Shown piece by piece: positions 35,567 to 39,144 of a DNA stretch of 39,144 bases. Below the pieces are notes generated by a model. That model saw only the letters and a program-made list of their open reading frames with translations. It searched no databases and had not been told where the DNA came from. The DNA comes from a virus. Taxonomy: Duplodnaviria; Caudoviricetes. Each line of letters opens with the position of its first letter. Positions within the stretch are counted from its first letter, which is position 1. Both the position numbers and the translations under genes were made by a program. The DNA lies in IMG/VR virus record IMGVR_UViG_3300042923_000511, positions 1-39,144 of that record, one strand, 5' to 3'.

Positions 35567-35908
35567 CTAACTTAATTCGATTATTTTGTCGATGAATCTA
35601 TCTGCCATAGCAGAGAAGTCTTTCTTTGTGTCCTCAAACTTTGCATATAGCGAGAACATACTTTTAACTAAATTAACTGCATCGTCATAATTAACATCAA
35701 ACCACTCGCCAATCTTTCTTGAATCTTTCAAATAACAATGTATGATGTTTTCTAAGTTGTAATGATTAGAGCACTTTTCGGTTTGATATGAACGTTTGAC
35801 AACAAACCCACCCTGTCTTGAAAGTGTTTTAACTCTTGATTCAATGTTTTGTGAAATTCCGATTTTAACCTGTCCATTTTCATTTTCAATTACATATATG
35901 CTTTTCAT
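35567..35908 (-). CDS. GIY-YIG/T5orf172-family protein
   Basis: IYVI......KIGIS.N...R...L...E..IH......GEWF. Confidence 0.85.
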   Translation of the reverse strand: MKSIYVIENENGQVKIGISQNIESRVKTLSRQGGFVVKRSYQTEKCSNHYNLENIIHCYLKDSRKIGEWFDVNYDDAVNLVKSMFSLYAKFEDTKKDFSAMADRFIDKIIELS

Positions 35909-35967
35909 TTATCACCTACCATTTCTGCTACTTCCATGGAAGTTATTGTTTTCTGTTCAATATTCAA
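35905..35967 (-). pseudogene. 20-codon remnant of a Rha-type gene (MNIEQKTITSMEVAEMVGDK*)
   Basis: RBS GGAGG plus TTG; TITSMEVAEMVG is the typical Rha N-terminus; ATGA overlap with the next gene. Confidence 0.6.
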
Positions 35968-35994
35968 TAGCTTGTCCTCCTTATTTATTAAACT

Positions 35995-36219
35995 TTAGGT
36001 TTCTGTTTCTATGTATTGCATTTTTTTAACATTGTTTAAGTCTGATAAATCATATCCTTCGTTCTTTTCTAAGAATTCGCATAATGCTTGTTTTCTAACC
36101 TTTATACTGCCAAGCCTTAAAGCTGGAAGATAACCCTTTTTTACAAGTTCATATGCATATGCTGGAGTTGTGCGTATGATCTTCGCAACTTCTTTGACTG
36201 TATACAATGTATCATCCAT
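35995..36219 (-). CDS. Excisionase-like HTH_17 protein
   Basis: LYTVKEVAKII......YEL...G.LPA.RLG..KV. Confidence 0.85.
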   Translation of the reverse strand: MDDTLYTVKEVAKIIRTTPAYAYELVKKGYLPALRLGSIKVRKQALCEFLEKNEGYDLSDLNNVKKMQYIETET

Positions 36220-36236
36220 ATTGCCACCTCCAATTA

Positions 36237-36253
36237 GTAACTTGTTAAGTTAC
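36237..36253. promoter_or_regulatory. Operator copy overlapping the cro stop codon
   Basis: GTAACTTGTTAAGTTAC. Confidence 0.75.
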
Positions 36254-36451
36254 TTCTTCTGCAAAAAAAATATCCAGCGGATTATCAATATTTAACTCTT
36301 TAATCATTATGCTAATCTCGTCACTTCCAAAGACCCCCTTTTTCATTTTGTCATAAAATGTTTGAGGAGTAATATTGAGTTTTTTTGCTACTTTGCACTG
36401 TGATAATCCATTTTTATAAATTATTCCGCGCAATTCGTTTACTTTTACCAT
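36245..36451 (-). CDS. Cro-like HTH repressor
   Basis: LRG.I...GLSQ..VAKKL.I...TFY.KM...IFF; divergent from cI. Confidence 0.88.
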   Translation of the reverse strand: MVKVNELRGIIYKNGLSQCKVAKKLNITPQTFYDKMKKGVFGSDEISIMIKELNIDNPLDIFFAEEVT

Positions 36452-36477
36452 TTTGGTGTCTCCTTTCTTTGAATTTT

Positions 36478-36567
36478 GTAACTTATTAAGTTACTTTTTA
36501 TTATATCACCATATAGTAACTTGTCAAGTTATTTTTTTGTTGACTTATATAATTAATATGATATAAT
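36478..36567. promoter_or_regulatory. Lysis/lysogeny switch: two operators and divergent promoters
   Basis: GTAACTTATTAAGTTAC (36478-36494) and GTAACTTGTCAAGTTAT (36516-36532); minus strand TTGACA-16-TATAAT (36527-36500); plus strand TTGACT-16-TATAAT (36540-36567); both with TG extension. Confidence 0.85.
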
Positions 36568-36606
36568 ATACACATAAATTTACATTAAATAAGAAGGAGA
36601 ACAACC

Positions 36607-36945
36607 ATGACGATAGGGGACAGAATAAAACAATTGAGAGAGGAGAAAAAAATAACTCAGGAGGAACTTGCAAAACACATTGATTCAACGAAGCAAACAA
36701 TTCACAAATACGAAAACAACATTGTTACTAATATTCCATCTGATAAAATCGAAATGATAGCTTATGCATTGGAAAGTACCCCTGCTTATTTAATGGGATG
36801 GACCGACAAGCGTAACGATGATGTTAAAACACCATCTCTCTACAAGGCTCTGGATAAATTAGATATTAAAGATAATGAGCTAACAGAGGATGAAATCTCT
36901 AGCATTATTAATTTTGTAAATTTTATGCGTAACAATAAAAAATAA
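36607..36945 (+). CDS. CI-like XRE repressor without an S24 peptidase domain
   Basis: IGDRIKQLREEKKITQEELA......QTIHKYE...NIP...PAYLMGW; 112 aa. Confidence 0.9.
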   Translation: MTIGDRIKQLREEKKITQEELAKHIDSTKQTIHKYENNIVTNIPSDKIEMIAYALESTPAYLMGWTDKRNDDVKTPSLYKALDKLDIKDNELTEDEISSIINFVNFMRNNKK

Positions 36946-36962
36946 CAATTCAAGGAGGTATT

Positions 36963-38186
36963 ATGGAGGGTCATATAAGGAAGAGAGGGGAAAAATGGTA
37001 TTACTCTTTCGAAGCTGCAGAAATAAATGGAAAGCGTAAACGCATTGAGCGCGTTGGTGGAAGAACAAAAAAAGAAGCGGAAGCAGCGCTTAGAAATGCA
37101 TTACAAGAATACAACAACGCAGGTATGTTTTTTGAACCAAGTCAAATATCGCTATCTGATTACCTTGACTATTGGTACAGTAACTATGTCTCTATTGAAT
37201 GCAAGCCAAATACACAACGAATATATAAAACCATTATCGATATACACATAAAGCCGTATTTGGGGCAATATAAATTAACCTCTATCACTTCGCAAATATT
37301 GCAACAACATTTAAATAAGTTATATTCTAACGGACTTAGCAAAAATTATTTGAGTAATATACACGGTGTATTGTCCGGTTCTTTTTTTTATGCTGTAGAG
37401 CCTGGCCATTTTATAAAAATAAATCCAATGATGTATGTTAAGCTTCCTAAGTGCCCACACAAGAAAGCTGATACGGACCATAAAATAATCACAGCAAAAG
37501 AATTTAACACCATAATTGAAAGATTCCCATATAGCAACCAATATTACATTATTCTTATGATCTGTTTCTATACAGGAACAAGAATTTCTGAATGCACTGG
37601 GCTTACATGGGACATGGTCGATTTAGATAATAAAAAGATTAAAATTGAGCGAATTTTAGTTAAACATATGGATAAAAAATGGTATCTGGAGACCCCAAAG
37701 ACAGCAACGTCATATCGTGAAATACCCATAGGTGATACGCTGTTAGAGGCACTTAAAAAGCATAGAAAATGGCAATTAGAGAATAGGTTAAAGTATGGTT
37801 GCTATTACATGCAATATTATAAACGGAAAAATTTAAATATATATGGACTTGATAATTCTGTGGAACACAAGATTGTCGATGATGCCATAGAATTTATTTG
37901 CACACAAGAAAATGGCACACTTGTTAATCCTGATTTATCAAGATATTGTTCGAGGGTAATAAATTATGGCCTTGGAATACAGTTTAATTTTCACTCATTA
38001 AGACACACTCATGCAACCATATTAATTGAAAGCGGTGCTAATATGAAAGATGTGCAAAAGAGATTGGGTCACTCGCGTATTGCTACTACAATGGACACGT
38101 ATGTTAATGCCACAGAAAAAATGTCAGAAATGACAGTTGGTATATTTGAGAGTGCAGTTAATTTAAGTTTGCCTACCACAAAATAA
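36963..38186 (+). CDS. int: Tyrosine integrase
   Basis: Arm-binding N-terminus; TGTRISE, PKT, HSLRH, LGH and catalytic Y. Confidence 0.95.
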   Translation: MEGHIRKRGEKWYYSFEAAEINGKRKRIERVGGRTKKEAEAALRNALQEYNNAGMFFEPSQISLSDYLDYWYSNYVSIECKPNTQRIYKTIIDIHIKPYLGQYKLTSITSQILQQHLNKLYSNGLSKNYLSNIHGVLSGSFFYAVEPGHFIKINPMMYVKLPKCPHKKADTDHKIITAKEFNTIIERFPYSNQYYIILMICFYTGTRISECTGLTWDMVDLDNKKIKIERILVKHMDKKWYLETPKTATSYREIPIGDTLLEALKKHRKWQLENRLKYGCYYMQYYKRKNLNIYGLDNSVEHKIVDDAIEFICTQENGTLVNPDLSRYCSRVINYGLGIQFNFHSLRHTHATILIESGANMKDVQKRLGHSRIATTMDTYVNATEKMSEMTVGIFESAVNLSLPTTK

Positions 38187-38246
38187 TAACGTTGGCATAT
38201 GGTAGGCAAACTAAATTATAGCTGTTATTTTATTAATGTAGACAGT
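38168..38246. repeat. Putative integrase arm-type sites, right end
   Basis: TTTGCCTACC (38168), CGTTGGCATA (38190), GGTAGGCAAA (38201), TGTAGACAGT (38237). Confidence 0.55.
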
Positions 38247-39144
38247 TGGTTTTACTGCAAAGTAATGCAACGGTCTCCACATGCACACTATGCCCAAACT
38301 GATCCACCGCCTGCACTCTTTTCATCTCATACCCTCTACCGCACAGATACTTTAAATCTCGTGCCAGTGTTGCCGGATCGCAGGAGACATACACAACCTT
38401 TTTTGGTGCCATTTGTACGATAGTATCTAACAGACTCTCGTCGCACCCTTTTCTTGGGGGATCTACAACGATAACATCTGCATAGATATTTTCTTCTTTA
38501 TATTTTTCTGGAAGGATGTCTTCTGCTGCTCCAACGAAGAATTCTGCGTTCTGAATAAAATTAATCTCTGCATTTCTTTTTGCATCCTCTATTGCCTCAG
38601 GTATAATCTCTACCCCATATACCTGTTTTGCTTTCCCTGCCAGGAACAAGGAAATGGTTCCGATTCCACAGTAAAGATCCCATACAACCTCATTCCCATG
38701 TAAGTCAGCATATTCTAGTGCAATTTCATACAATTTTTTTGTCTGTACCGGATTTACCTGATAAAAGGATAGGGGGGATATCTGATATTTGATTTTACCA
38801 ATATAATCAGTAATATAAGGTTGCCCCCACAAGGTAATCACTTTATTACCAAGTATCACATTGGTTTTCTCCTGATTAAGGTTCAGACTAATACTTGTCA
38901 TATGAGGAATGCGGGTTAAAAACTCTATAAATTCCTCCTGGTGAGGAAGTTTTGTTCCATTGATTACCAGGCACACCATAATCTCACCTGTTGTAAAACC
39001 CACTCTGGTAAGGATATGGCGAACCAATCCAGTGTGGGTCTCTTCTTCATATACACTGATTTTGTATTCCACTAAAAATCTGCGAATCTGCTCTATTATT
39101 ATGTCATTAATGTCAGCCTGAATGTAACAATGGGAAGTGTCAAT
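38233..39144 (-). CDS. rlmD: 23S rRNA (uracil-1939-C5)-methyltransferase, 3' part (5' end outside the window); last codons phage-derived
   Basis: SFYQVN, DLYCGIGTI, VDPPRKG, YVSCDPATLARD and HVETV motifs. Confidence 0.95.
   Translation of the reverse strand: MDTSHCYIQADINDIIIEQIRRFLVEYKISVYEEETHTGLVRHILTRVGFTTGEIMVCLVINGTKLPHQEEFIEFLTRIPHMTSISLNLNQEKTNVILGNKVITLWGQPYITDYIGKIKYQISPLSFYQVNPVQTKKLYEIALEYADLHGNEVVWDLYCGIGTISLFLAGKAKQVYGVEIIPEAIEDAKRNAEINFIQNAEFFVGAAEDILPEKYKEENIYADVIVVDPPRKGCDESLLDTIVQMAPKKVVYVSCDPATLARDLKYLCGRGYEMKRVQAVDQFGHSVHVETVALLCSKTNCLH
38273..38292. repeat. Prophage att core, right copy
   Basis: Direct repeat of 1025-1044 within the rlmD codons HSVHVET. Confidence 0.9.

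Larger units (their letters stand above)
1025..38292. mobile_element. Complete-looking temperate siphophage prophage (HK97-type head) integrated in the rlmD 3' end
   Basis: att direct repeats, integrase, lysogeny switch, and replication, packaging, head, tail and lysis modules in canonical order. Confidence 0.95.

Noticed and set aside
1-39144. CRISPR array, tRNA genes, diversity-generating retroelement, IS element, invertase shufflon
   Set aside because: No spaced repeat array, cloverleaf, reverse transcriptase, transposase or second recombinase was seen; this was a by-eye scan only.

Overview
The window is almost entirely one apparently complete temperate siphophage prophage of about 37.3 kb (ca. 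1025-38292) in an AT-rich Clostridia-type host. It is integrated in the 3' end of rlmD (23S rRNA m5U1939 methyltransferase) and bounded by a 20-bp direct repeat with 19/20 identity. Right to left it carries: a tyrosine integrase; a cI/cro switch with 17-bp palindromic operators; excisionase and antirepressor; recombination and replication genes; a C5-cytosine methyltransferase, a frameshifted PAPS-reductase-like gene and a frameshifted beta-clamp-like gene; many small early genes; a late activator; HNH genes; HK97-type packaging and head genes; tail and lysis genes; and accessory genes (secreted ComEC-like MBL hydrolase with DUF3006, an XRE regulator, a LexA-boxed small ORF). Main observations: (1) The SGNH-esterase tail-fibre gene has its own sigma-A promoter and terminator inside the tail operon. 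It also has two in-frame starts, the upstream one adding a signal or membrane anchor, so one gene may encode both a virion receptor-binding enzyme and a lysogen surface enzyme. (2) A fully foldable 1153-nt group I intron splits the tape-measure gene. Its HNH endonuclease sits in L5, has its own promoter, and has an RBS-sequestering hairpin. (3) A moron-like gene is flanked by 20-bp inverted repeats that could act as a built-in antiterminator. (4) There is a G8 frameshift in the PAPS-reductase gene and a -1 programmed frameshift in the tail chaperone. All product calls come from motif recognition and synteny by eye; no database searches were run.
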